Source: Promethearchaeota archaeon
GTDB taxonomy: Archaea; Asgardarchaeota; Lokiarchaeia; Sigyniarchaeales; SOKP01
Direction: 5' to 3'
DNA length: 64,000 bases
Assembly: GCA_008080735.1 (NCBI GenBank)
Contig: SHMW01000006.1
Span: 3,215 to 67,214, forward strand
Under the pieces are notes generated by a model. The model was not told where the DNA came from. It saw only the letters and a list, made by a program, of their open reading frames with translations, and made no database searches. How positions within the stretch are numbered: the first letter of the stretch is position 1; the number at the start of each line of letters is the position of its first letter. A program made the translations under genes and the position numbers. Shown here piece after piece: positions 1-9,638 of the stretch.

Positions 1-25
1 GAACTTATTTCCAAATCCCTATATA

Positions 26-3000
26 ATGGAAAACAGTCTTAATGTTGATAATATAAATCCGGGTTCTGAAGTGTTGAAGAAAAATGCTTTTAATTCTACA
101 ACTTTAGCATTAGACTTTACTTCTGAAGATCCGGTAAATATGACGTATGAATTATTTGGATTAGATTTACCATCAGCCACCGAGATAAACAACTCTGCGG
201 TCGACGAGGATTACACTCCAAGCCTCATTAGTAATAGGTATCTTCAATTGCCACCCGACATCCCTACCTATTTGGATGAAAATACTAACCCTAACGTAAA
301 TAGACATTATAATAATCTTAGAGGTATTATTAATGATGAAGATACAGCTTTTGTCGTGGCAAATAAAATTCGAAATTATCTTCAAGCTAATTTCAGTTTC
401 GGTTATCAAGCAATGCAGAATACTCCTCCCGCCGATGGTGAGGATATTGTAGAGTGGTTCTGCTATCATGAAGAGGGAATCTGGACCCATTTTGCCGCTG
501 CGTTTTGCGTGTTTAGTCGGGCTTTTGGGGTCTCTTGTCGGTATGTGAATGGTTATAACTCTCGATTTGCGGATCAAGTCAATGATCCTCAATTTGGTGG
601 AGATGGTATTGCGATTAAATATAAGAATATATATAATTGGGCAGAAATCTATGTCCCGACTGATGTGTCGGGAGATGGAAGATGGGTCCAAATGGATATA
701 ATGTACGAGTCGTTTGGAGGCGGCGGTGTTGGTCCCATATTAAGTGATTATAATATATCAGTTTCTTCGAATGCGAATAATTTTATCGAGGGAAATACTG
801 CTCAAATAAACGCTACATTGACGACTAATCAAAATATTTCTGTAGCGAATAGGAATGTACAATTCTATGATTACACCATGGACCAATCAATTGGAAGTAA
901 TTATACCAATGAGAATGGTACCGCCACATATACATTTTCAATAGATGAAAATCAAACGGTAGGACCCCATTTAATATATGCCACTTACGCCGGGGCACTC
1001 AATTTTACATATTATATCGTTAATGGAGAAATACAAGTTAACATAAACTCTGTAAATCCCCCTCAAGTCAATATAAGTCAAGATCCGTTTACAACAATTT
1101 CGGGTAGTGTCACAGATCCGAAAAATGGAAAACCTGTAAAAAATGCCAATGTGAACTTGTTATTATTTCACAAAGGCACCAGTAATGTAGTATTTCCATC
1201 GTTCTCTCCTCAAATCATCACTACTAATGATAATGGGGCATTTAGTGAGATAGTTAACCTTGATTCTTCAATTCCTTACGGTGAATATGAAGTAAGAGCA
1301 GATTTTAACGGCAGTTGGGAAAACCCAGTATATCCTTCATTTCCTTTTACATATCCTTTTATTAATGATTCAAGTAATAGAGAAGACTTAAATATCACCA
1401 AAGAGCTTACATATTCATTACATTTCTATATAGATAATGTACCTGCTCAAGATAATTCCAATCCCATAATCTCCCGCTTTTCTACAATCGAGTTGAAAGC
1501 AATTGTTTATAATGGAACTGGTGGTTTAGCGGAAAATGAAATTGTTGGATTTTATGACGGTTTTGGAACATTGATTGGACAAAATTCGAGTGATGAAAAT
1601 GGAGTTGCAATTTATAATTATAATGTAGATGATAATGCTCCAGCGGGTCCAAACCAGATTGAGTCTCGAATTGGAAGCATCTCTAATAGTTCATATTATA
1701 TTCTTAACGATACGATAAATGTGAATCCAGTTAATTGTCCTTTTCCTAAAAGCGTCAGTAGAAGTTCACTAGATAATGAAGATTTTATTATTCAAGGTTA
1801 TTTAATGGATGATTATTCTAACCCCATACGAAACGCGATAATATATGTTAATTTATACGACCAAGGTGGCTATGATGTCACATCCCAATATCTTGAATAT
1901 ATTAGTGGTTCTTTTTTCACTAATAATAATGGAAACTTTTCTCTGCAGTTTGGAGTTGATAACATCACCCCACTGAATAATTATACTCTTAACGTAAGCT
2001 TTTATGGTGAATTTAGTAATCCATCTGTCAGTTATAGTTCTTTTCAAACCCAAGAATGTCCTTATGAATTAGAAGTCACTGATCCCTATCAAATTGAAAT
2101 CTATTTCGAAATTGACGGTATACCAACACAATCCTTTTATGACGATGAAAATCCCCCTATGAGATATAATCCCGGTGAAAGTATAACTTTTGGAGTTGAA
2201 ATATACCAAAGTGGCAGTTTAGTTGATAATGACACGGTATATTTCTATGATTATGATGAAAACACTTTAAATCCATTCCATACATATGAATTTAATGGTT
2301 CAGAGACGCCATTGGGGTATTATAATTTTTCGGTAAATACAGGTGACTGGAACGCGGGATTACACGAAATTAGAGTAACCTATGGTAATTTCGGTGTATA
2401 CAATTTCACGTATGTGCTTATTAATAAATCTGTCTCAATTAACGCAAATTTAGACTCTCCGAATGATTACACTATTCAGAGACAATCAGAAGGCTTTACC
2501 ATTTCTGGTTATGTCTCCGATGGAGATTACCTTGATCGTTTGAGAGGCTTACAAGTGGGATTATATCTATTTGATGCAAACAACCAAGATTATAGTGCTG
2601 ATATGAATTTTGCGTCTGGATATTCTCAAAATGTGAGTGTAGACCAAAATGGGGTATTTCAATTTATAATTGATACTGTGAATGAAATTCCGAACGGCGA
2701 GTATTATTTAAGAGTCGATTTCAATGGAACGATAACAGAATCTGCGATCTTTTTATCTGATTATCTTATTCATTCTACGTGTTCTCCAATAAATATAAAT
2801 ATTACAGCTGGAACGTCTATCATCCAACAAGATTATTATACCCTTACCGAGGATACTTATCCAAACTATTCAAACTATTGGGTCAGTAAAGATACACTTT
2901 TCGTAATTGGGGATTTAACATGGGATAATGGATCTGCTATTTCTGGAATGACTGTGAATGTAACTGTGAAATTAATCGATGGAACGGTTATAGATTTCAA

Positions 3001-3169
3001 TGATACAGTTACAACGAATGAATTTGGAGCGTTTAATGCTTCTATTTACATAGATCCTAATAATGATAAATGGCCTTTATTGAGAAGTGATTCGGAAATA
3101 TGGGTTTATTTTAATCCCGTTCAAAATGGATTAAATTATGCAGAATCAAGTACTAAATTATTTATATAA
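26..3169 (+). CDS. Surface transglutaminase-like domain protein with tandem beta-sandwich (CarboxypepD_reg/Ig-like) repeats; possibly 5'-truncated by the window edge
   Basis: 1047-aa ORF. Residues ~140-230 follow the transglutaminase-core pattern (G-x-C-x-x-FA ... R-[YF]-V-x-GY ... H-A-W-x-E-[IV]-Y ... W-x-x-x-D). Here they read GIW(153)THFAAAF ... CRYVNGY ... YN(204)WAEIYV ... WVQMD(224). At least five repeats of the type ISG.V.D..NG.P..NA.V.L...TT.DNG.F...P.GEY.V.A.F.G. About 35 N-x-S/T sequons by hand count. The frame stays open from nt 2 to the ATG at 26. Confidence 0.75.
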   Translation: MENSLNVDNINPGSEVLKKNAFNSTTLALDFTSEDPVNMTYELFGLDLPSATEINNSAVDEDYTPSLISNRYLQLPPDIPTYLDENTNPNVNRHYNNLRGIINDEDTAFVVANKIRNYLQANFSFGYQAMQNTPPADGEDIVEWFCYHEEGIWTHFAAAFCVFSRAFGVSCRYVNGYNSRFADQVNDPQFGGDGIAIKYKNIYNWAEIYVPTDVSGDGRWVQMDIMYESFGGGGVGPILSDYNISVSSNANNFIEGNTAQINATLTTNQNISVANRNVQFYDYTMDQSIGSNYTNENGTATYTFSIDENQTVGPHLIYATYAGALNFTYYIVNGEIQVNINSVNPPQVNISQDPFTTISGSVTDPKNGKPVKNANVNLLLFHKGTSNVVFPSFSPQIITTNDNGAFSEIVNLDSSIPYGEYEVRADFNGSWENPVYPSFPFTYPFINDSSNREDLNITKELTYSLHFYIDNVPAQDNSNPIISRFSTIELKAIVYNGTGGLAENEIVGFYDGFGTLIGQNSSDENGVAIYNYNVDDNAPAGPNQIESRIGSISNSSYYILNDTINVNPVNCPFPKSVSRSSLDNEDFIIQGYLMDDYSNPIRNAIIYVNLYDQGGYDVTSQYLEYISGSFFTNNNGNFSLQFGVDNITPLNNYTLNVSFYGEFSNPSVSYSSFQTQECPYELEVTDPYQIEIYFEIDGIPTQSFYDDENPPMRYNPGESITFGVEIYQSGSLVDNDTVYFYDYDENTLNPFHTYEFNGSETPLGYYNFSVNTGDWNAGLHEIRVTYGNFGVYNFTYVLINKSVSINANLDSPNDYTIQRQSEGFTISGYVSDGDYLDRLRGLQVGLYLFDANNQDYSADMNFASGYSQNVSVDQNGVFQFIIDTVNEIPNGEYYLRVDFNGTITESAIFLSDYLIHSTCSPININITAGTSIIQQDYYTLTEDTYPNYSNYWVSKDTLFVIGDLTWDNGSAISGMTVNVTVKLIDGTVIDFNDTVTTNEFGAFNASIYIDPNNDKWPLLRSDSEIWVYFNPVQNGLNYAESSTKLFI

Positions 3170-3224
3170 GGAACAAAATATAGCAAACATAGCTATAATC
3201 GAACTAAAATATATTCAACTATAA

Positions 3225-4817
3225 ATGATGTCTGAACGAGAAAATGTGGAAAAAAATGATTGGGGAATAATATTAATCATATTTCTTTTAGTTCTTTCTA
3301 GCTTCTTTTTATTTTTTGGAAATGTGATTTCTACTTATAAAATAAATAAAAATAATCCTTCATATGAAGATAATGTTAATTTATCTGGATCATTGGATTT
3401 TGTTGTTAATTTAACTAATTTTCAATTAAATAATACTAGACATTATCATAATTCAATACTAAAAATAGAAGGAAGAGTATATGAGCCCACCTCACCCAAT
3501 AACCCTGGATCTGGTGTAAATATAGCTATAGTTATCAATAGCATTATGGATGAGACCTATAGTAATATAACAGATACTAATGGAGAATTTGAGATATATT
3601 ATCAAATTCCAGAATTATTGAATGTTTATAGCGAACATAAAATTGAAGCCGATAGCATTGACAATCCAGATATTGAACCAAATAATTATTTTATGATAAA
3701 TGTTAGTGCAAATTCACATATTGATGTTTCATATATAGATTCTCCATACTTACCTGGAGAAGAATTTGATTTAACGGGATATTTAAAATATAATGATCAA
3801 AATGGAAATGGAATCTCAAATGCACCAATTACTTATTACTGGACTAATGGAACTTTTGATTGGTCATCTGATAGTTTTTCAACTGCTTCGACTGATGGTT
3901 CAATTTCGGAAAGTTTATTTTTACCTAGTAATCCACATTCAGCACAACTATTTTTAAATCTTAGCTATATGGGTGATTTCCCGAATATAAATTCCACAAA
4001 TATACTTATTGGTCCGTTTGATATATTTCATAATATATCTTGTACATGGAATATTATTAACGAAACTTCTGAAGGCCAAGATTATACTATACGAGGGCAA
4101 ATTTGGGCTAAGAATAATCCGAGTTTGAAAATCTATAATCGTCGTGCGAATTTCTATTATGAAGGGGAGGGATTAATTGGCGGAACAACCACAGATTCAA
4201 ATGGTAATTTTACCTTTTCCTATTCCATTCCTTCTGGCACGGGAAATAGAACCATATCAGTCCAATTAGTAAATACCGCAGGAGTTTTTTTATCCAATCA
4301 GACCCTCATATTCATTACTGTTAGCAACCCCGTGCTACCCAATCCTTTAATCATAACCCCTTTTCAATGGTTTTTCATTATTGGTATACCTATCATAATT
4401 GGGGTTATCGCCGCGTTGGGTATCTATGGATATTTATATTATAAAAAAGAAATTTCTGCATCCCGATTAGTGAACATCCCCCTCGAAGGGAAAATAAGGA
4501 ATCTTAAAATTCTGAAAGATTCTGGAAGAATTGAGGAGGCCCTATCGTATTTATTCAATGCGATTTATGTGGAGCTGGTGGCTGCGAAATTCGGGCGGAA
4601 AAGAAACGCAAATGAAACCATCCGGGATTTTGCCATTATTTCGGTTCAGGATTTTCGATTAGATCCAGCAAAAATTTATCCATTTATTCAAAAAATTGAA
4701 CAGATCATATATGCCCAACCATTTAAGATAACAGAAGAGGAATTTTATAAAACTATTGAATTGTTTTCTCCCGTATATTATCAATTGACGGGATATAATT
4801 TTGTATTAAATTTTTAA
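3225..4817 (+). CDS. Membrane-anchored beta-repeat surface protein with C-terminal cytoplasmic DUF4129-like domain
   Basis: 530 aa. N-terminal hydrophobic anchor (WGIILIIFLLVLSSFFLFF) and a sequon-rich ectodomain with repeat hallmarks (TDTNGEFEIYY, TTDSNGNFTFSYSIP). Second TM (FFIIGIPIIIGVIAALGIYGYLYY), then a ~125-aa tail with a DUF4129-like pattern (ETIRDFAI ... IYPFIQKIEQIIYA). Confidence 0.7.
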   Translation: MMSERENVEKNDWGIILIIFLLVLSSFFLFFGNVISTYKINKNNPSYEDNVNLSGSLDFVVNLTNFQLNNTRHYHNSILKIEGRVYEPTSPNNPGSGVNIAIVINSIMDETYSNITDTNGEFEIYYQIPELLNVYSEHKIEADSIDNPDIEPNNYFMINVSANSHIDVSYIDSPYLPGEEFDLTGYLKYNDQNGNGISNAPITYYWTNGTFDWSSDSFSTASTDGSISESLFLPSNPHSAQLFLNLSYMGDFPNINSTNILIGPFDIFHNISCTWNIINETSEGQDYTIRGQIWAKNNPSLKIYNRRANFYYEGEGLIGGTTTDSNGNFTFSYSIPSGTGNRTISVQLVNTAGVFLSNQTLIFITVSNPVLPNPLIITPFQWFFIIGIPIIIGVIAALGIYGYLYYKKEISASRLVNIPLEGKIRNLKILKDSGRIEEALSYLFNAIYVELVAAKFGRKRNANETIRDFAIISVQDFRLDPAKIYPFIQKIEQIIYAQPFKITEEEFYKTIELFSPVYYQLTGYNFVLNF

Positions 4818-4960
4818 AATAACATTATTATTATCATCAAAGAAATAAATCAAATATACTAAGCAAGAAAGAATATATCAAGAAAGAATATCATACAAAG
4901 AAATTTAAATCTAAAACAAATTATTAAATAAAAAAATTAAAAAAACTGTGAGATATAAAA

Positions 4961-5332
4961 ATGGGTCTTTTCAGTAAAGATAAGAAACCGCAATTTATTG
5001 ATGTCGAGCGTAAGAAAGAAAATCTCAAAATTTTGATGAAAACAGGTAGATCCAAGGAAGCAATTGCCTATATATATCTAATTTATAACGATCTTATCAA
5101 AAATAAATACGATAAACCCCGATTAGCCTATCAAACCATTCGGGAATATGCGATTACTTGTGTCAATGAGTTAGACCAGAAACCAGAAACTATTTATCCT
5201 TTCATTAAGAAGATCGAGGATATTATCTACGGAGGACTGGAGCCAACTAAGAAAGAATTTGAATTTACTATGAATATGTTTTCAAATCTATATAATGAAA
5301 TTACGGGAAAGAACTTCAATTTTTCGACATAA
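4961..5332 (+). CDS. Small soluble DUF4129-like protein (paralog of the tail of the preceding gene)
   Basis: 123 aa, colinear with the C-terminal tail of ORF 3225-4817: ENLKILMKTGRSKEAIAY vs RNLKILKDSGRIEEALSY; QTIREYAI vs ETIRDFAI; TIYPFIKKIEDIIYG vs KIYPFIQKIEQIIYA. Confidence 0.65.
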   Translation: MGLFSKDKKPQFIDVERKKENLKILMKTGRSKEAIAYIYLIYNDLIKNKYDKPRLAYQTIREYAITCVNELDQKPETIYPFIKKIEDIIYGGLEPTKKEFEFTMNMFSNLYNEITGKNFNFST

Positions 5333-5377
5333 ATACACTTTAAAAGATTAACCAACTAATTAGAAATTATAAATATA

Positions 5378-7123
5378 ATGGCAGGTATCGAGAGTTCTCA
5401 AAAAAAGAGCGTTAAGATTTCCAAAGGAATCTTATATGTATTCTTTACAGTGTATCTAATTATTATTGGAGTCTATTTATCTGGATTTATTGAGAATTAT
5501 CAAAACGAATATCCAGGAAATCTGCCAGTTTTTGCTAATTATATCCCTTTAGCTTGTTATTTGGGCTCGATAGTAATTGGAATAAGTTTTATTGTCTTTC
5601 TTCGAAATACTACGGCTCAAAAAACTCGTGAATTAAAATCAAAGGGCAAGTCTAAAGTATCTATTTATAAACAAGCTCTATTTGCCATAATCTTTATCTT
5701 CGCATTTATTCCTTTATTCTCCCCAATAATTGATCAAGGGGTAAATAATCATAATTTTTCGGTATATAATTCTGATTGGAACGGATGTTCTGATTTTAGA
5801 CAAACGATGATTGATGAAGGGTATGATGTGATGTCTATTCAATCCAGTCTAAGTGCCACGGATCGACTTGATAAGTCAATATGCCTTGTATTATTAGGAC
5901 CAAATCAATTCTACAATCCTATGTTTGAAATTCCCTTCTTTGTTGATTTTTTTAATGGTGAAAATGCACTTCTAATTTGCCACGATCACGGATCTACTAA
6001 GGAGTTATTATGGGAGATATTGATATCCAGTCTCTTTAGTCAAAATGCTACTGAAATGGTGCCCGTTACATTATTTGCTAATGGGATTTTAAGAGATAAT
6101 GCGTCTTATGTAACGAATCCCACCTTTCCAGTTATTACTCAATTTGAACCTCATCCAACTACTAATGGAATAAATGATGTTATTTTATCTAGCGCGACGA
6201 GTGCCGCGGGCGGTCCTCTTGTCGATTTATTTGGATGGAATGTGCTAGCTCGCGGATCTCCGTACAGTTTTGTAGACAAAGATGGGAGTGGAGACTTTAA
6301 TGCTACATTTGATTATTTAGATCTCTCCTTTATGGCAGGAGTGTTGCCTATATCCGAAGATAATTTAAAATTGCCTCTTGGAGGAGACGAATTTACCCCC
6401 ATTACTTTTATGACTAAGGATACGGGAAACGTCCGTGTGTTTGTATCATCCGATGCGAGTATGTGGAATAATGAATTAATCGATCTTCCCGGATATGATA
6501 ATGAGCAATTTGCGAAAAACGTAATAAGTTGGTTGACTCACCAAGATGAGGGAGACCCCAAAGAAGATTGGGTAATCGCCTTTGATGAAGCTCATATCCG
6601 TCCTGAATATTCAAGAGACTTGAGCTCGGCAGGGATTTATGGATTTATTATGCAATATATAATCCATCTAAGTACTAATCCCATCACTGCTTGGATATAT
6701 CCTTTATTAGCCATTTATACTCTCAGTAGATATTTACCCGGTCGAAGTGAGAAAAAACAAAAGAAAAAAATTGAAGAACAAGAAAAAAAGGAAGAAAAAA
6801 TACGTTTTAGAACATCATCATTTTTCGCAAAAAAAATCGATTGGTATCACCAAAAAAATCAATATAGGAAAGCATTGTTATTATTGAATCGGCGTTTAGA
6901 ACGTAAGTTACATGCTCAATTGGGAGACCAAAATATCACCACCAGAAATGTAGTGGATCTCGTACAGTCTAAAGATCCGAATATAAACAAAAGCAAATTA
7001 AAAAGAATTGCCCGATTCATCGATATAATTACAGATTTGAAAGCGGGCAAAGAAAAAATCAAAGAGGAATCTGAATTTGAACGATTATTCTTTGAAATGG
7101 AGTGGGTGGTCTCTAACCTGTAA
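5378..7123 (+). CDS. Membrane protein, DUF4350-like (MoxR-operon associated)
   Basis: 581 aa. Three N-terminal hydrophobic segments. The central domain (CLVLLGPNQF...FFNGENALLICHDHG) resembles DUF4350, which accompanies MoxR/DUF58/transglutaminase genes. Late TM plus K/E-rich tail (EKKQKKKIEEQEKKEEK). Confidence 0.55.
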   Translation: MAGIESSQKKSVKISKGILYVFFTVYLIIIGVYLSGFIENYQNEYPGNLPVFANYIPLACYLGSIVIGISFIVFLRNTTAQKTRELKSKGKSKVSIYKQALFAIIFIFAFIPLFSPIIDQGVNNHNFSVYNSDWNGCSDFRQTMIDEGYDVMSIQSSLSATDRLDKSICLVLLGPNQFYNPMFEIPFFVDFFNGENALLICHDHGSTKELLWEILISSLFSQNATEMVPVTLFANGILRDNASYVTNPTFPVITQFEPHPTTNGINDVILSSATSAAGGPLVDLFGWNVLARGSPYSFVDKDGSGDFNATFDYLDLSFMAGVLPISEDNLKLPLGGDEFTPITFMTKDTGNVRVFVSSDASMWNNELIDLPGYDNEQFAKNVISWLTHQDEGDPKEDWVIAFDEAHIRPEYSRDLSSAGIYGFIMQYIIHLSTNPITAWIYPLLAIYTLSRYLPGRSEKKQKKKIEEQEKKEEKIRFRTSSFFAKKIDWYHQKNQYRKALLLLNRRLERKLHAQLGDQNITTRNVVDLVQSKDPNINKSKLKRIARFIDIITDLKAGKEKIKEESEFERLFFEMEWVVSNL

Positions 7124-7221
7124 TTTTTTATATTTACAATTAATTTTTTAGAAAAATTTATAACAATAAACTATTATAATAAAAAAGAAAAAACAAAATA
7201 TTAGAAAATGGGTAGAAAATT

Positions 7222-8202
7222 ATGACTGTACCAAGTAAAGCCGAAAAATATGAACATGAAGAGCTGGACGTAACCCCTATTCGAGAAATTGCGCAAGAAG
7301 TCCTCAGTGAAGTTTCTCGCGTCATCGTTGGATATGGAGAAATTTTACAGCAATTATTTATTTCTCTATTAGTAAACGGACATGTGCTACTAGAAGGTGT
7401 GCCTGGCTTAGGTAAAACAGTTATGGCAAAAACTTTCGCAGAAACACTTGGAATTTCCTTTCGAAGAGTCCAATTTACCCCTGATCTCTTACCCGCAGAT
7501 ATTACGGGCACAAAAATCTTCTCTCAAGAAAAGGGGGAATTTGTCCTCCAAAGAGGACCGTTATTTGCAAATATAGTGCTTGCTGATGAAATAAATAGGA
7601 GTGCTCCAAAAACACAAGCCGCTCTTCTAGAAGCAATGGCTGAACGGCAAATAACTATTGAAGGCCAAACTCTGGCGCTTGAGAAACCTTTTATGGTTAT
7701 CGCTACAGAGAATCCAGTTGAAATGGAGGGTACGTATCCACTACCAGAGGCACAAGTTGATAGATTCCTCTTTAAGTTATGGCTTGATTATCCCGAACAA
7801 GATGAGGAAGTAGAGATTATGAGACGACAGCTATCAGGTGATCTTCCTTCAGTACAACAGATTACTAGCGGCCCAGAAATATTGGCTGCTCAAAATCTTG
7901 TAAATCAAGTATATATCGATGAGCGTATTCTTAAATACATTAGAGACTTGATTTTGAAAACGAGAAGTCATCCACAGGTACAAATGGGATGCGGACCAAG
8001 AGCTTCGTTGGTATTGATGAAATGCTCAAAAGCGCGTGCTGCAATTCTCGGAAGATCTTATGTGACTCCTGATGATGTGCGAGCATTAACAGTTCCCGCT
8101 CTGAATCACAGAATTTTGCTCAAGCCAGAAGCGGAATTAGAGGGATTGGATGTGAAAGCAGTAGTAAAAAATATCCTTGAAGAAATCCCGATTCCGATAT
8201 AA
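7222..8202 (+). CDS. MoxR-family AAA+ ATPase
   Basis: 326 aa. Walker A GVPGLGKT, RVQFTPDLLPADITG, Walker B NIVLADEINR, ATENPVEMEGTYPLPEAQVDRF: the classic AAA_3/MoxR pattern. Confidence 0.92.
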   Translation: MTVPSKAEKYEHEELDVTPIREIAQEVLSEVSRVIVGYGEILQQLFISLLVNGHVLLEGVPGLGKTVMAKTFAETLGISFRRVQFTPDLLPADITGTKIFSQEKGEFVLQRGPLFANIVLADEINRSAPKTQAALLEAMAERQITIEGQTLALEKPFMVIATENPVEMEGTYPLPEAQVDRFLFKLWLDYPEQDEEVEIMRRQLSGDLPSVQQITSGPEILAAQNLVNQVYIDERILKYIRDLILKTRSHPQVQMGCGPRASLVLMKCSKARAAILGRSYVTPDDVRALTVPALNHRILLKPEAELEGLDVKAVVKNILEEIPIPI

Positions 8203-8271
8203 TAAGAGTATTTTTCGTCTAAAATAATATAATAAGAGAAAAATAGGAAAGATGGAGGTAATGATTAAACA

Positions 8272-9600
8272 TTGCTAGGTGGAAAAGGAAGAAGCTTAGT
8301 CATTTTCAGCGTGTTCTTTTTAACTGCTGGTTTTGCATTTGTTAATTATTTCCTTGTATTTTTTGGGATAATTTTATTATTTAGTACGGTTGTCAGCCTT
8401 CCACTTTTCTATTATCAGATGAATATTGAGGAATTGAAGGTTTATCGGGAATTAGAAAAAGAAAAGGTGTTCAAGGATGATTTCGTGCATATTAAAGTGG
8501 TAGTAGAAAATCGCGGTAAAAATAGTTTCGACTTTCTTGAAATTCGTGATAGCTATAATCCGGAATTATTTCGGTTAATACTAGGTGAAAATTTCATTAG
8601 TACTCGGATTGGTCCTAAAGAAACAATAAAATTCTCATATATCTTAGAACCGAAAGTCAGGGGGACCTATCCTTTAGGACCATTGACAGTTACCGTTAAG
8701 GACAGACTAGGGTTCAATTCTGAAGAGCGGATTGTTCCCAATAGCGTCACCGAAATTTTAATATATCCGCCCTATGAAGATATCAAACGAATTGAAATTC
8801 TCGGGTCAAAACGCTCCCTTCAATTAAATTATGGAGTTCAACGCTCGAAACAAAAAGGATTAGGTTCAGAATTTTATGGTATGAGGAAATATGTATTCGG
8901 GGACCAATTTCGATTAATAGATTGGAAAGCCAGTGTCAGGACACAAAAACTTATTGTGAGAGAATTTGAATCAGAACGAGATATTACTGTGATGATTTTA
9001 GTCGATTCATCCAATTCTATGGCTGGTGGTGCGATAGATAATACCAAATTCGAATATGCAATACGTGCCTGTATGTTATTAACAAAAATTGCACTTACTC
9101 GTCGAGATAATGTGGGTGTATACACCTTCTCAGATAAGAAGAATCTTCGATTTTTAAAAGCTGGAAGTGGAGACGATTTTTTTTATCGTGTCTTGGATTT
9201 TGTTGCCCGGGTAAAACCTGAAGGAAAATGCCGGATTGTTGAAGCATTTGATTATTTCGTGCGTAGGTTCCAAAAAAGAAGCTTAGTGTTTGTAATTTCT
9301 GATTTAGAGTCTAACGTAAAAGAGATTCGAGAAGCATTGAAAAAATTAGTTCCTTTTGATCATACTGTAATTATAATCAATCCATTTTCTCCTTGGTTTG
9401 AAATTCATGAGGTGGATTTATCCAGTACGGATAAAGCGCTAGCTGAAGCGATAGCTGAGGAGATGATGGAACACATTTTAAAGATTAGGCAGCAAGCGAG
9501 AAATATGGGAATGAACGTAATAACGGTGGGTCCAGATGATATGATGAACCAAGTTATCGCAAATTATCTCGAAGCTAAGAAGAAGGGTAAAGCATACTAA
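8272..9600 (+). CDS. DUF58 / vWA-like protein (MoxR partner)
   Basis: 442 aa, TTG start per ORF track. Two N-terminal TMs. DUF58 signature FYGMRKYVFGDQFRLIDWKASVRTQKLIVREFE, followed by a MIDAS-like VMILVDSSNSM. Confidence 0.8.
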   Translation: MLGGKGRSLVIFSVFFLTAGFAFVNYFLVFFGIILLFSTVVSLPLFYYQMNIEELKVYRELEKEKVFKDDFVHIKVVVENRGKNSFDFLEIRDSYNPELFRLILGENFISTRIGPKETIKFSYILEPKVRGTYPLGPLTVTVKDRLGFNSEERIVPNSVTEILIYPPYEDIKRIEILGSKRSLQLNYGVQRSKQKGLGSEFYGMRKYVFGDQFRLIDWKASVRTQKLIVREFESERDITVMILVDSSNSMAGGAIDNTKFEYAIRACMLLTKIALTRRDNVGVYTFSDKKNLRFLKAGSGDDFFYRVLDFVARVKPEGKCRIVEAFDYFVRRFQKRSLVFVISDLESNVKEIREALKKLVPFDHTVIIINPFSPWFEIHEVDLSSTDKALAEAIAEEMMEHILKIRQQARNMGMNVITVGPDDMMNQVIANYLEAKKKGKAY

Positions 9601-9638
9601 AAAGAAAAAATTAATGAAAAAATAATTCAAATAAAAAG

